From Sphyrna mokarran (lineage: Eukaryota), in assembly GCA_024679065.1 (NCBI GenBank), contig JAGIQG010000040.1, positions 9,858,001-9,922,000 of the forward strand: DNA of 64,000 nt, in the 5' to 3' direction. Positions within the stretch are counted from its first letter, which is position 1. The number at the start of each line of letters is the position of its first letter. Positions 13,264 to 27,573 of the stretch are shown one piece after another. Under the pieces are notes generated by a model. That model worked only from the letters and a program-made list of their open reading frames with translations, had not been told where the DNA came from and did no database searches. The position numbers were made by a program, and so were the translations under genes.

Positions 13264-14165
13264 TTAACATAGTGACGATTGTGATACTGTCCCGAGGAAG
13301 ATGTGGTCTCTCCAGATGTATTACTCGATACCTAATATTTATGGCATTGACAGATCTTTGGGTCATTATTACTGCTGTAATATTAAACCGAATTCCTGGC
13401 ATTTATTTTCCAGGTAGTTTTTTGTCCATCACTCCAGTGTGTAGTGTTAATATTGCGCTGACGTATGCAGCCAGGGTCTGCTCTGTCTGGTTAACTGTTG
13501 CTTTCACGTTTGATAGATTTGTTGCCATTTGTTGCCAAAAACTGAAAACAGAATATTGCACTGAAAAAACAGCAGCTATTGTCATAGGATCGATCTGTGC
13601 ACTGGGTTGTTTCATCAATATTCCTTGGTACTTCATACACGAGCCTTTCTACATAATTGACAATGTACCCTGGTATTGCAGACTTAATTATATCCGTTTT
13701 ACTTCTCCTGTCTGGACAGCATTTGTTTGGTTCGATCATCTTTTAACTCCATGTCTTCCATTCCTTCTGATTGTTTTACTTAATGCACTGACTGTGAGAA
13801 ACATTCTGGTGACCAGTAAAGCACGCAGGAGACTCCGGACCGAAAACAATGGAGGGAATCATAATGACCCAGAAATGGAGTGCCGCAGGAAGTCTATCAT
13901 CTTACTGTTCACTATTTCTGGTAGTTTCACCTTCCTCTGGATGACGTATGTTGTACAGTTCTTATATGAGCGATTTACGAATGATTATAAAGTCAACGGC
14001 TTCAGTGACCCCAAATTTATCCTCATTGAGTCTTCAAATATGCTCCAGCTTTTGAGTTGCTGCACAAACACATTTATTTATGCAGTAACGCAAAGTAAAT
14101 TCAGGGATCAGTTAAAGGCTTTGCTCCAAGACTCCCTGAATTTAATATGCCGCCTGGTTAAGTGA
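13264..14165 (+). CDS. GPR139/GPR142-like GPCR gene 1, coding exon 2
   Basis: Polypyrimidine tract then CTACAG acceptor; open to TGA; 7TM pattern with MALTDL, TFDRFVAIC, ECL2 Cys and NTFIY. Confidence 0.9.
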
Positions 14166-14803
14166 CAGAAATAAATTAAATACACAATTCTGTCCTACAT
14201 GAATATCATTGCTATCTCCTAATTTGTAAAACAATGTAATGTGCAAGATTTCGTATTGAAACAGGAACCATTTGTTTTCTGCTTTGACGCCTGCATAGAC
14301 AGAACTGTTCTGGATATAATTGTAATGTGATCCCGCAATATGAGAATGAACCACATATATCTGTGAGACTGATTTGGCGAATTTCTGCGGCCAGTCATTC
14401 AATATCATGATTTATTTAAAGTGGATCTTCCTTACTCACTGATGCAAGCAATCCCATGAAATAAGAGATTAAATTGTATTAGGGACGAAGAACATCTAAA
14501 TGTACTGACCCGTGATCTACCTGTGGTATAAAGACAACTATTCTAATTACCTGATTATTTAACATCTTCCATCAGAGACAGAAAAGTCCCAATTTATTGG
14601 CAGCTGACCATTTTGTACAAGCACAGGAAAATAAGATCCTATTAGCTGAGCCTTATTTTCTTGTGCCAAGGAGAAGTTATTTCAGATGGGTCTTTTTGAC
14701 GACATTCAACGGCCTGATCAATATTACTGCGGCTAACGTTTATTCTGGATTGTGTTCGTTCAATTTCAAAGTGGACTTACTAGCGTGTGGGCTTTGAACT
14801 CAG

Positions 14804-16720
14804 GTCATAGAGTCATAGAGTTTCACAGCATGGAAACAGGTCCTTGGCTCAACTTGTCCATGCCGACCTTATTTTTTTCTTGTAATTCCTAAACTAATCC
14901 CAATTACCTGTATTTGTCCCAAATCCCATTATACCCATAGTACCCATGTAACTACCTATATGTTTTTAAAAGATAAAATTGTGTCTCTACTACTAGGTCT
15001 GGCAGCTTGTTCCAGACAGTCACCATCCTCTGTGTGAAAAAAAAATGCCCCTCTGGACACTAATGTACCTCTCTCATCTCAGCTCAAACTCTAGTTTTAG
15101 ACTCCTCTAAATTTCAGAAAAATATTGAATATCTACCTTTCCTATGCCCCTCATTATTTCGTAGACCTCTATAAGATCTATAGACCTCAGCCTCATACAC
15201 TCCAGAGAAAAGCGTCCCCGTCTTTTCAGCCTCTCCTTATAACTCAGTCCATTAAGTCCCGGTAGCATCCTAGTAAATCTTTCCTACGCTCTTTCCAGTT
15301 TAATAATATCCTTTCTATAATAAGATGACCAGAATTGCACACCGCATTCCAAGTGTGAACATACCAATGTCTTGTACAACTTCAACATGTATTCCAAATC
15401 TGTCTTCAATGTTCTGACCGATGAAAGCAAGCATGCCGAATGCTTTTTTCACCACTCTGTCCACCTGTGATTCTACTTTCAAGGATCTATGAACTTGTAC
15501 CCTAGATTCCTTTGTTCTGTAACTCTCCCCAACGCCCTACCATTAACTGAGTAAGTCCTGCCCTGGTTCAATCTATTAAATACATTATCTCGCATTTGTC
15601 GAAATTATACTCCATCTGCCATTCATCAGCCCACTGGCCCAATTGATCAAGTTCCTGTTGCAATTCGAGGTAATTTTCCTCACTGACTACAATGCCACTA
15701 ATCTGCAAACATACTAAACAAGCTCCCATATTCTCCTCCAAAATCATTAATATAAATGAAAAATAACAGTGGGCCCAGCACTGATCGTTGAGACACATGG
15801 CTAGTCACAGGCCTCTAGTTTGTAAAAACAACCCTCTGCAAACACCAATAAACCAGTTTTGTATCCATTATATACCTCACCCTGGATCCCGTGAGATTTA
15901 ACTTTATGCAGCAACCTACCATGCAGTACCTTGCTGAAGTTTAAAGTCCATGTAGACAACATCGTAATCATACAGTAGTAATATAATGAAGAAGAGGTCA
16001 TTAGGCCAATTGAGTCTGCACTGGCAAAGTAGATTAAGTCTTCACGAATATCACTTTTGGGCACTTGGTCCAGCACTTTTAATGTTATGATATCCCATCT
16101 TCTCATCCACATCAATTTTATAAGTTTCAATGATTTCTGCTTCTACAACATTCCCAGGCAATGATTCCCAGAAGTGTTTGCGTGAAATATTTCCCCCCAA
16201 ACCCATCTATGCCTCCGAACCCTCGCCTTAAAAATCTGCCTCTGGTTATTGACCTTTCAACTAAGTGGAACAGTTGTTTCCTATCCACCATGTCCATTCT
16301 CCTCATAATCGTTTAGACGCTAATCTGATCTCTCATCAGCTTTCTCTGCCCTAAAGAGATCAACCAGAGCCCACCAAACCAGGATTCACAGTTCAGTTAC
16401 TCAATTCCTGTCCACCCGTTGAAACTCCTCGCAGCCTCTCCCATGCAAGCATGTCCTGCGATATTCTGACGATCAGAATTTCACAAATTACTGCATTGGG
16501 CGCCTAACTGAAGTTCTGCACTGCTGTTAAATAACCTTCATGCTCTTATAATTCATTCCACCAGTGCTGAAAACAAGAGTCCCTTATCCCTTTAAGCTTT
16601 CCTCATAAGCTGTCTTGCTACTTTCAGGGATCTGTGGACTTATAGAGCTCTCTGTTCCTCTTAAAGTCTTAGTGCCCTGTGATTAATTGATACCGTCTTG
16701 TATTGTTCCTTCCAAAGTGC
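14804..16720 (-). mobile_element. Old CR1 LINE fragments (at least two)
   Basis: (CATAGAGT)n tail on plus; minus-strand remnants FSKVLHGRLL, WADEWQMEYNFDKCE. Confidence 0.75.
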
Positions 16721-18169
16721 AGTTAGCGCCTCTCAACTGTTAATCTAGTGGCATTACCACTGCACAACCATTTTCTTCTCATCGCTCTTGCTTTCAGCCT
16801 GTCCCGTCACTATTCAATTCGATTTTCATGTATATTAAATCTGATTTGTGGTAAACATTCCCTACCTGAATTCAGCCTTTGTTCTCAAATGTACTAAGGA
16901 TATAAGGTGCATCGTAGAACCCGACATACAAAACTCTATCAGATGTTGGGACAATGTTACTGAGAATAACTCGATATTTTTAACATTACTTTTACATCAG
17001 AACATTCAACTTGGGTTTTCTGTTGAAGTGAGATTTAAATAACATGTTTACAGCGAACAATATCCTTAGTTCAAATGTTGCATCATAATTTATATTGTAT
17101 GAATGAACAGTATATAATAAACCTGCATGAATTTACCGTTATACGATCGAAAGACAAGCATGAAATTTCCATCATGTTAAAGGGAGCTCAGGATATTAAT
17201 ACAACACCAGGTGAATGTTAGTCTTTTAGCCGCATCCCTGAACACAATTAACTGGCTTGAGCATAAGCTCGTGTACAGTACACCACAGAACTGGTGACTG
17301 GCACCAGTCTATGATCTGATGCCTTGGAGGACAAACAGATACGGAGGATTAGGGAGGACAGTCATGGGAGATGATAAGGAGGCCCATTGGACAAAGGACT
17401 CTAGATTGGAGAGTGATAATATTGATTGAGGTACCATGTGTCATGCCCATGAATCGAACTGATCATGCACAAGCACACCTTACGTGACGCCTTTTTCATT
17501 GCACATGTAAACTGTGATCAATGTTATTGGACGAGGTGCGGCCACGATCGGCTGTGTAGATATTTGAGAAATGTATAAGAATGGATGTTTTTCTTTTGTT
17601 TGTCGGAGAGAGGCATTGGGTTTAACAAAAGCCATCTCCCTTTCGACGAAATAAACCGTTTGATGCGAGAACCAACCCTGAACGTTGAATGATTTCTTTG
17701 AGAGTTTCTATCTCACCAACATTTCCTATAGTGTAACATGTACTCATTTCTGGGAGCCTTACCTGAATTATGAACCGTTTAATTTTACATAGGAGATGCT
17801 TTCTCTGCAAGACAAAAAAACCTGTACAATATCCCAAAGATCAAATCTGACCCAAGAGCTTGAGCTATCAGGCCCTCTTATTTTCAGCATTTTTCTCACT
17901 TCTCATCATTACAACAGAGCCTTGCCCCTTCCAAATCCCTAAATGAACCTCTCACTGTTACTGTGTAATGTAGATTTTTGCCATTTCATAGGACAGGGAC
18001 AACAGTGACATAGCTGGCAACTCTTGCATTCGCCATGATCTTAGAGGTTTGATCGGCTAGTTCAAATGAGAATTACGAGCCAACCACCTGTGTAGTGGCA
18101 TTTAGGACAGGCCAGATAAAGATGGTAGATTTCCTTCCTGATATTACACAGATCAGCAGAGTCGTTTCT

Positions 18170-20938
18170 CAAAATCATTTTTGAGTGACCACAATTCCAT
18201 CTACTTTAGGATGCAAATGGGAAAGGATGAGTGCTGTCCTAAAGGAAGGATGCTAAATTGGAGGAAGACTAACTACTGTCGGATTAGGCAGGAACTTATA
18301 GAAACTGATTAGAAAAGTTTGTTTGAGGGTAAGTCCACGTTCGGTATGTGGGAGGCTTTCAAAAGAATACTGAAAAGGTTGCAGTAAAGATATGTGCTGG
18401 TTAAGAGGAAGGATGTGAAAGGTAGGATTAGAGAGCAGTGAATTACTAGGGATATTGAGGACTTGGTTAGCAAGAAAGAGAGGCATATGTTAGGTCTAAG
18501 CAACTGGGAAAGGAGAGAGCATTGAAGGAATACAGAAAGTGTAAGAAGGAGCTCAAACGGAGAGTTAGAAGGGCAAAAAGGGGGCATGAAATAGTTTTGG
18601 CGGACAGGATTAAGGAAAATCCAAAGACGTTTTATTCCTATGTTAGGAACAAAAGGGTGGTTAGAGGGAAAAATCGGTCCTCTTAGGGACAGAGGAGGGG
18701 AACTGTGCTTAGAGTCTGAGGGAATGGGGAAGATCCTGAATGAATACTTTGCATCGGTATTCACGAAGGAGAGGGTCTTGATGACTGGTACTGTCTTAGA
18801 GGGAGTTGTAGACCAGTTGAGGGAAATATCCATTGGGAGGGAGGAAGTATTAGAGTTTCTCGATAGCATTAAAACTGATAAATCTCCGGGGCCTGATGGC
18901 ATTTATCCCAGGCTGCTTAGGAAGATGTGAGGTGAAATTGCTGGGCCTCTGACGCAATTTTTTGTCTCTTCTTTGGACACAGGTGAGGTCCCTGAGGACT
19001 GGAGAATAGCGAACGTTGTACAATTGTTTAAAAAGGATAATAGGGATAACCCTGGGAATTATAGGCCAGTGAGTTTGACGTCAATGGTAGGGAAACTGTT
19101 GGAGAGGGTTCTCAGAGATAGGATATATACACATTTAGAGTGTTGCGATCTGATTACTGATACGCAGCATGGCTTTGTTAACGGGAAGTCGTGCCTTACA
19201 AATCTGGTAGGATTTTTTGAGAAGGTGACAAAAACAGTCGATGAAGGAGGAGCCCTTGATGTCATCCATATTGCTTTCAGTAAGGCGTTTGACAAAGTCC
19301 CTCATAGGAAGTTAATTGAAAAAGTCAAGGCTAATGGAATACAAGGACAGGTATCTAGATGGATTAGTAACTGGCTTGGTAATAGGAGACAGAGAGTAGT
19401 AATGGAAGGGTCTTTTTCTAGCTGGAGGTCTGTCACCAATGGTGTGCAGCAAGGCTCGGTACTGGGACCTCTTCTATTTGTAAGATACATAAAGCAATTG
19501 GAAGAGGGAGTAAGTGATGTGATCAGCAAGTTTGAAGATAACATGAAGGTGGCTGGACTTGTAGACAGTGAGGAGCATTGTCAGGCAACACAGCAGGACA
19601 TAGATAGGCTGGTAGATTGGACTGTTAAAAGGCAGATGGAACTTATTCCTGATAATTATGAGGTGATGCACTTTGGAAGAAATAATGCAAGGGCAAGTTA
19701 TATGATAAAGGGTAGACCTATTCAGAATAAACAAACGCAAGTGCACAAGTCTTTGAAGATGGCAGTACAGGTGGAGAATGTTGTGAAGAAAGAATATGGT
19801 ATGTTAGCCTTTATAGGAAGGGGTATGAGTACAAGAGATGGCGTTTAATGTTGCGGTTGCATAGAACGTTGGTTAGACCTCATTTGGAGTACTTTGTCCA
19901 GTTCTGGTTGCCTTACTACCGGAAGGACGTGGAGACCTGTAGACAGTGCAGAGGAGGTTTGCCAAGATGCTGTCTGGTATGGAAGGTCTGGGTGACGAGG
20001 AAAGATTGGACAAATTGGGGTGTTTTCTTTTGAAGGACGGAGACTGAGAGGAGATCTAATAGAGGTATATAAGATTATGAAGGATATAAATAGAGTGGTA
20101 AGCTTTTTCCTAGATTGGAAACAAATATTACAAGGGGCCACTGGCTGAGGGTAAGGGGGACAAGATATAATTCGGATGTTAGAGGAAGGTTTTTCACACA
20201 GAGGATTGTGGGGGTATGGAACGCACTGCCAAGTGAGGTGGTGGAAGCAGGCATGCTGGAGTTGCTTAAGGGATACTTAGATAGGCACATGAGCAGAATA
20301 GAGATGGAGGGATATCGAAGATTGTTTTAAATAGGGATCAAGAGCCTTGGGACGTTCCTGGGAATCAATTGATTCCTACGGGCCTTCCAACTTACTTTCT
20401 GGCTCATTTGCTTTATTTTTGAGCTTCGGGGATTCCCTTGAATGTATGCATAAGATTGCATGTTATTGATGTATTTCTCTTTTATTCCACAGGTGCTTCC
20501 GCCAACCTTGCTGTCCAACAAGGGACATATTCGCAATGGGTCGTGCGAGGGCTGCTCTCGGATTTTTCGAGAGTAGCCTAGTGCTTCAAGTCGTTCGTGT
20601 ACGCTTAAATGGACCAGTTGATGGACATGGTGATAGACTATCACTGTTTGTGCTGTGCAGATACATGGATTTGGGCCGGTGTCTCTGGGAGTTTGTGCAT
20701 TCTCCACGTGGTTGCGTGTGTTTTCTCCGGGTTCTCCGGTTTCCAAAGATGTGGTCTTAGGCTGATTGGTGAAACAAATTGTCCCTAAATTGTCTCCCCA
20801 AGTCTGGTTTCCAACATGGATTTACATAAACATAGACAAGTGTTATGGGTGGAAGAGGGAACTCACGTTGTTAAAATGACAGCGCGGGCTCGTTAGGCCG
20901 AACAGCCTATTTCCGTGCTGCATTGTTCTTTGTTCTTT
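18170..20938 (+). mobile_element. CR1 LINE, 5'-truncated, long-3'UTR subfamily
   Basis: ORF2 pieces (KSPGPDG, NYRPVSLTS, FSKAFDKV) with stops; ~600-nt 3' extension ending in (TTCTTTG)n. Confidence 0.9.
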
Positions 20939-22714
20939 GGTCATTTAATGATTCATCGTAATCATTTCAGAGTCCAGATTTACATTGCAGGTATGTTCGT
21001 TTTATTTAATCAATTTAAATTCAAACATTAAATTCAAAATGTAAATTTGTGCCTGACGATCAAGAGGTTTGACTTACAGGGTGTAGAATAGAGATACGAT
21101 AATTATGCCATCGGCATTACATAGTGTGGCCATCAAAAAAACTGCTGAACATAGCTCTATCTTAAAATGTCGTAACAAATTTTAGATTTTAGATATTTAT
21201 TTGTTCTGTGATCCAATTTATGCTTATGAACAAACAGTTTGACTGGAAAAAAAGCTGACAGTGTGTTGTTCTGAAGAGTGATGTCGCAGACCGCGCAATT
21301 TTGTTACAAGCATGGTGAAATTTCTTCGCTCTGATGTCTGGAGTGTGAATTAGAAAACAAAAGGGAAATAATGCCCACTCTGCTTGTTAACTGTTTGACA
21401 CATTTGCACGCATTCACTTTCACAGCTGAAAATTCAGACTCCATCAGTTAACAATTGATTGCCAGCCTGTCTAGCTTTGAATACAATTTTGAACGGATTG
21501 AATGTTAATCCATGCTGCCCATTTGTCATCATTTTGCTGCTCTTAGATTCAGTCAGACAACAAGTCCAATATCTCATCTCCAATGTGTCATTTTGTGTCA
21601 CGTTACAAAGAACAATGAAAATCACCTGATCTTCAAAGAACTAGTTTTCAATCTGAAACCTTTGAAATTGGGAGCTGCTAATGTCTTCGCGGTCAGATAA
21701 GGATTATGATGTAATTAGTCAGAAAATTTAAAAAGAAAAGCTCTTGCAACTTAATAGAACGTTATATTAATTGAGGAATACGATCACGTTTTTCTTCAAA
21801 TTCTTCGAATCATCTCGTCAATTTGGTGTGACCAGCAAAATTTGAAATTGTGTTTTTAATTATTGGCTCCAAATTGTTTATCTGATTTGTGTGCTGCAGT
21901 TGTCCCTGCATCGGATGCTTGGAACAGAACTTCCCGCCTGTCTAAAAGTACCTTCAACGCCTAATCTGTTTCTCGATTTGTACAGAAACTTCCGCCAATT
22001 TTATTGCGTATTCAATGATTACCCGAGAGGAAACTGGACTACCGGAGGAATGCCACGCATTCACGGTGAGGACGTGTAAATTCTGCACAATCAACCAACG
22101 ACCAGGAATGAACCTGGTTCCCTTGTTTTCTACACTCTTCATCTGATGGAAATCAAACTACTTCAAATGCTGAAGAATCAAATAAACGTTTAAAATTTTG
22201 AAAGGCTGCTCAGATCTTCTAATGTCAGCGGAGAGTGAGACATATTTTACGCTTCAGGCTGTCGGCTCTCATCAGAACTGCACAACATCAGTGCACAGAA
22301 TTGAAATGTTACTTCTGTTTCTCAATCCACAGATGCTGCAAATATGCTGAATATTTAAAACTTTTTTTTTAATTTGGCTGTTGCTCCAGATTTTCTCATT
22401 AGATGTAATTTTGACTTATTTTCGTTAATTCCCATCCATCCTCAAACGGAAATATCTTCCATGTGTTTATACTGTCAATCTCATTGATAAATTTGGAAAT
22501 CTCGATCAGTCAATCAAAATCATTTTCTCAGAGCAAACATGGTCAGGTTTGTCAATCTTTCCTGATAAGGATCAACTTCCAGTTCGGACACATTCCAGCA
22601 GATGTTCATTCAATCGCAGCAAATGCAGAATGTGGTGTAGGGTAATGATTATCTGCTGTGAGTCACATGCCAAAGGCTCCTGGTTGGAATCAGGGCAGAA
22701 GCATTCCCGCATGT

Positions 22715-24197
22715 GTTTAATTTACCGTTATTTGGATATTACACGCTAATGTCGAGGGACTTCTGACGTGATTTTTGTTGCGCACCAAATTCATGGGAAG
22801 TGTCAGGAGCAGAATCGCGAGTTCTACACAACCTTTGTTGACCTCGCGAAAACCTGTAAACCGACAAGGCCCGTGGAGGATCATGTCAAAGTTCGGCTGC
22901 TCTAAACGCGCCCCCCACCCCCCAAATTCATTCAGATGGCACTCCAGTTCCATGATGCCATAATGGCCAGAGTACTGGATGACGGAGAATCCTCTGAGGC
23001 ATTCCCAGTCAACAATGGTATCAAAAAGGGTTGTACGCTCGCACCCACACTGTTCAGCATGATGTTTACTGCCATGCTGAATGGTGCCTTCCAAGACAGT
23101 GTTGCTAGAATCAGCCTCAAGTACCGAGTGGATGGAAAGCTCTTCAACCTGAGGAGACTTCAAGCTATTACCAAAGGGACTGTTCTGAGAGATTCCCTCT
23201 TTGCCGATGACTGCGGCCTATATGCTGCCTCACAGCTACAGATGCAAGTCAGTATGGACAAATTTCCCATGGCTTGTGACAACTTTGGACTCGTCATCAA
23301 CATTAAAAAGACCAAAACCATGCACCAGCCTGCTCCTCATGCACTGTGCACAGAACCCATAATCACGATCAAAGAGCAGAAACTACAGGCAGAGGACCAG
23401 TTCAGTTATCTTGGCAGCACCCTCTCCCAAGCAGTGACTATTGATACAGAAGTTAACTGCAGATTAGCCAAGGCAAGTTCTGCTTTCAGTAGACTGCGCT
23501 CCACTGTATGGGAACGTCGAGGAATCAGCCCAGCAACAAAACTGAAGATCTACAGTGCCGTGGTACTCACTAGCCTCCTGTATGCGTGAAATCTGGACTT
23601 TGTATCGAAGGCATGCAAGACAGCTCAATCATTTCCATATGACTTGTCTTCGCAGAATATTATGCAACAGATGGTAAGACAAAGTACCAGACACTGAAAG
23701 TCTCTTCGAACAAGAATACCATCAGTCCACACACTGCTGATGAGAATGCAGACCCGGTGGGCAGATCATGTCATCCGTATGTCAGAAGAGTGCAAACCTA
23801 AGTAGCTCCTTTTTGGGGAACTCTCTGCTGGAAGACTCTCGCATGGAGGGCAGAAGAAATGTTTTAAAGACACACTCAAGGTCTCACTGACGTCGCTTGA
23901 CATTGACACGACCACTTGGGAAACGCTGGCACAAAACCGCCCTACCTGGTGGTATCTCATCCACGCTGTCAAGCTCATGAAGCGATGTGTACTGCTGAAG
24001 CACAACTTAAGCGTGATCCGCGCAAGTCCAGAGCCATCAGCGGAACAACAACCAGTGTCTACACAAGTCAGTTCAGTGTGTGCCAGGACATTCCGTGCCC
24101 GAATTGGACTGATCAGTCATCTTCCGATACAGCAACACCAGCCTCAAAATGATTAATGGTGTCAAGGTCCTCATCGATGACGATGAACGAACAACAT
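22715..24197 (+). mobile_element. RTE-clade LINE fragment (RT and C-terminus)
   Basis: QFHD..ARV, GIKKGCTLAPTLFS, GKLFNLRRL, LFADDC, FSYLGSTLS, RLAKASSAFSRL; short repeat tail. Confidence 0.85.
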
Positions 24198-24689
24198 TTG
24201 GATATTAGAATTATTCGTATTTGTCATGAAACGTTAACTAACATGTCGGTTTTCCAAGCATTTTCTTGTTTTAAAAGTCATGAGTCATGAATCACGGGAA
24301 TAAAAGATTTAATTTTAAGGTCTGGGATCAAAAAAAAGGCAGGATGGATTACTGACACAAGGAATATTGGACTCGGCAACATGGTAATGGAGCCCTGGTG
24401 GTTTATTGGTTCAGAGTTAATGCTTTCAAATTCCAGGACCCAAGCTCGGGGACAAATGATTGAATCAGCGCAGTATGTTGAAGGTGGAATTTTCTCAGTG
24501 TCAGAAAGTGAAAGGACCTTGGCACCAAGGCAGAAGACGCATTTTGCTGCAATTTATTAGGTCTTGGGTAGCATTGATCGCTGCACACTTGATGAGCCGA
24601 ATGGCCTCTTTCTGAACTGTATGGATTCTGATTCTGTGATTATATCGTGATTGAAAGATTGTGCGACTATATCTGTAGTGAATGTAAGT

Positions 24690-24865
24690 AAATAAGTTTA
24701 TTTATTAGTCACAAGTAGGCTTACTGCAATGAATTTACTATGAAAAATCCCCCAGTCGTCACATTCTGGCGCCCGTTCAGGTACACTGAACAAAAAATTT
24801 ATTTTGACCAATATATTTAACCAGCACGTCTTTAGGATTGTGGGAGGAAACCGGAGTATAAGGAA
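24690..24865 (-). mobile_element. Partial SINE
   Basis: GTGGGAGGAAACCGGAG is the reverse complement of the SINE core; 3' part resembles 62145-62250. Confidence 0.6.
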
Positions 24866-25469
24866 GAAATCAGCGAATTATATCAGTCACATCTTCCACT
24901 TCTCAGCTTCACCTCTCCCAAACAATGCAAAGTCATCTTATTTCACTTTCTTTTGGTTCTAAGTAATCTAGCCAGGGGTGGAGAGAACAGTCTCTCACCA
25001 TATAGACTGTCAAGCTATCTCTCAGTTTGAGGCATTTCGACAAGATGACCTTTGCTTGTTCTAAAGTCCAGAGAGAAGAGACTTATCCTACTGAATGCAC
25101 TCTCCCAGGAGAATGGTAGAAATCAATCCAATGAACCTTGATTACACACAGAAAGCGAGAGAATAGAGACAGCAAAGAACAAAAGAGTTAAATGCAATAG
25201 AACAGATCAGAGATTGAAAGAGTGTGAGGGAGACATATCGAAACAGTGAAAAACAGAAATAGCGAGTAGGGTACACACCCACAACCCATGAATGAGTAAC
25301 AATATTTATAGCCAATTGTCTAAACCAACTAACATGAGATCCTCTAAACTGGTGAATAGGAATAAAGTGAATGCTGGCTAGCATCATAACCTTTGGAAAA
25401 TGAATTGATAAGAAATTGAGTACAATTTTCATTCTAGCCCGTGGTCAAAAATTAGTTGTCTGGAGCTTT

Positions 25470-25643
25470 AGGTTAAAGTCCAACAAGTTTATTTGTTATC
25501 ACGAGCTTTCATATCACTGCTTCTTCATCTGTTAAGTCAGTGCTCCAAATGCTTGTGATACCAAATAACTCTTTGGACGTTAAGCTGGTATTGTGAGACT
25601 TCTTGCATTGCTCACCCCAGTCCAACTCCAGCATCTGCACATC
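25470..25643. mobile_element. Second palindromic Penelope-type element (more decayed)
   Basis: Aligns to 2923-3110 by eye. Confidence 0.55.
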
Positions 25644-26521
25644 GGGAATTTCAGGAAAGAAGCAGAGTGACTCGGAGGACATACAGACAGCTTTGCCGAG
25701 TGGGCAAGATGACAGATCGTGTGCAATTTTGGAAAATTAGTAGGTATTCCATTCTGAAAAAAAGAAAGGCAGGACATATTTGAAAGGATAAGAAAGTTAA
25801 ATGTTGATGTTTTAAGCAAGATAGGTGCGTTCGCACAAAGATAAAGTTGGCATGGGTGCACAAATGAATTTGTCACCTTTTGTTGCCTTTTCTACACCCC
25901 ATGCCCCAAACAAAAACCTCAAATGTGCTTCCTCCGCATGATTGAGCAATGCTACTTCTTTTGAAACCTGCGTTCTGTCTTTTCAGCTATATATTCCAAG
26001 GCTCTATACATCTTTTATCATCTTTGTTGCACATTGTGTTGGTGGGTTATGTGAGCTTTATACAAGAAAAATCCTTGGCCTTAAGGTTTCTTGTGAGCTG
26101 TTTGTTTCTGTAGGAAGCACCAAAACTTTGTACTGCAACGGTCTCTACGCCTGCTATATTACTGTTCTGTTGGAAAAATTCTATTCAAGTCAAAAAAAAA
26201 GATTTGCAGCTTTGAGGAGTGTTTCTTTTAACGGAACATCAGGAGAAGTTGGAAGACTTTGGTATTTTTTCCCCCAATGGTGCAATGATGGCAGATTCAG
26301 ATAATTCCTCCAATGGCGAAGTAGCTCTCAATTATCTCCATTAGCATGGGTTTGTTTATTCTCCTAACTGGTGAAATAAAATAATGTTTCACTCTTTTCT
26401 CTGAACATCTATAATGTTAAAGTTAAGAACAATATATTGGTGACAGAGTGGCTTAATTAACCTGATAATTTAAGTTCATTACTGTAACTTGTACGTTGTT
26501 TATGTGAAGGGGGCTTATTGC

Positions 26522-26842
26522 GGGTGACACGGTAGCACAGTGGTTAGCACTACTGCTTCACAGCTCCAGGGACCTGGGTTTGATTCCCGGCTTGGGTCAC
26601 GTTCTCCTCGTGTCTGTGTGAGTTTTCTTCCGGCTACTCCGGTTTCCTCCCATAGTCCAAAGATGTGCGTGTTAGGCTGATTGGCCATGATAAAAATTTG
26701 CCCCTTAGTGTCCTGTGATTTGTTGGGTAGAGAGATTAGTGGGTAAAATATGTAGGGATATGGAGGTAGGGCCTGGTGGGTTTGTGTTCGATGTATTCTC
26801 GATGGGCCTCTTTCTGCACGTAGGGTTCTACGACTCTATGAT
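26522..26842 (+). mobile_element. tRNA-derived SINE (V-SINE/HE1-like)
   Basis: A-box-like TAGCACAGTGG, B-box-like GGTTTGATTCC, core CCGGTTTCCTCCCA and CR1-like tail. Confidence 0.85.
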
Positions 26843-27503
26843 TGTTCGGGATATTTAAGAGTCAATCACAGTGTTGTCAGCCTGGAATGACAGAAGAGCC
26901 AGACTAACTCAGTATGGAATATTTCCTTTGCTGAAATCAATGTTCAGTGCACCAGGTAGGATTTTACAACAGTAGTTGATGGTTTTATATTTGGGCATAC
27001 CTGAATGTAGATTTCACCTCAAAATTTCATTAATTTTGAATTAAAATTTCACCACTTTCTAGCATGGTAGTAATACACACCTACATAGTGGAATCACCTC
27101 AGAATTAGTAGCTTATCAATATAATCCCTACGGCTCCACATCACCTCAGATACTAAGATTCCACTGATGATGATTAGGCCAGTTTAATTCACATTTTCAT
27201 GATTCAATCGTCTACTTTAATTTTCATTAATTTTTTAGAGATGTCAATGAGGTTCCACAATGGACTTTGCAAATCTCAAATACAACCAGGTCCGCCACCT
27301 TCACCACCATGGAATCGATCTTCCCCTCCATCTAAGCAGAAAATCCAGGTCTGACAGCAGCTGCACTAAACCCTTGGTTAAATTTAGACCAATAAACTTT
27401 TAAAAATCCAAACCAATTAATGATGCCCCTGGAGGCTGACATTACATACAAACCTGGCAACTGGTGACTGGAATAAACAACGCGTTGTGAGATTCTGTTA
27501 GAA

Positions 27504-27573
27504 ATGCACGGAGCACCACAAGGATTGCTGTTTGCCGTTTACTATCCCGTCCTTGCCGCTATCGGGGTCCCAG
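27504..27573 (+). CDS. GPR139/GPR142-like GPCR gene 2, coding exon 1
   Basis: MHGAPQGLLFAVYYPVLAAIGVP then G|GTCAAG (phase 1); splicing restores TM1 GVPAN. Confidence 0.88.

Noticed and set aside
27225-27330. Minus-strand peptide MEGKIDSMVVKVADLVVFEICKV, faintly like fish zinc-finger N-terminal domains
   Set aside because: Short, bounded by stops, with no supporting exons
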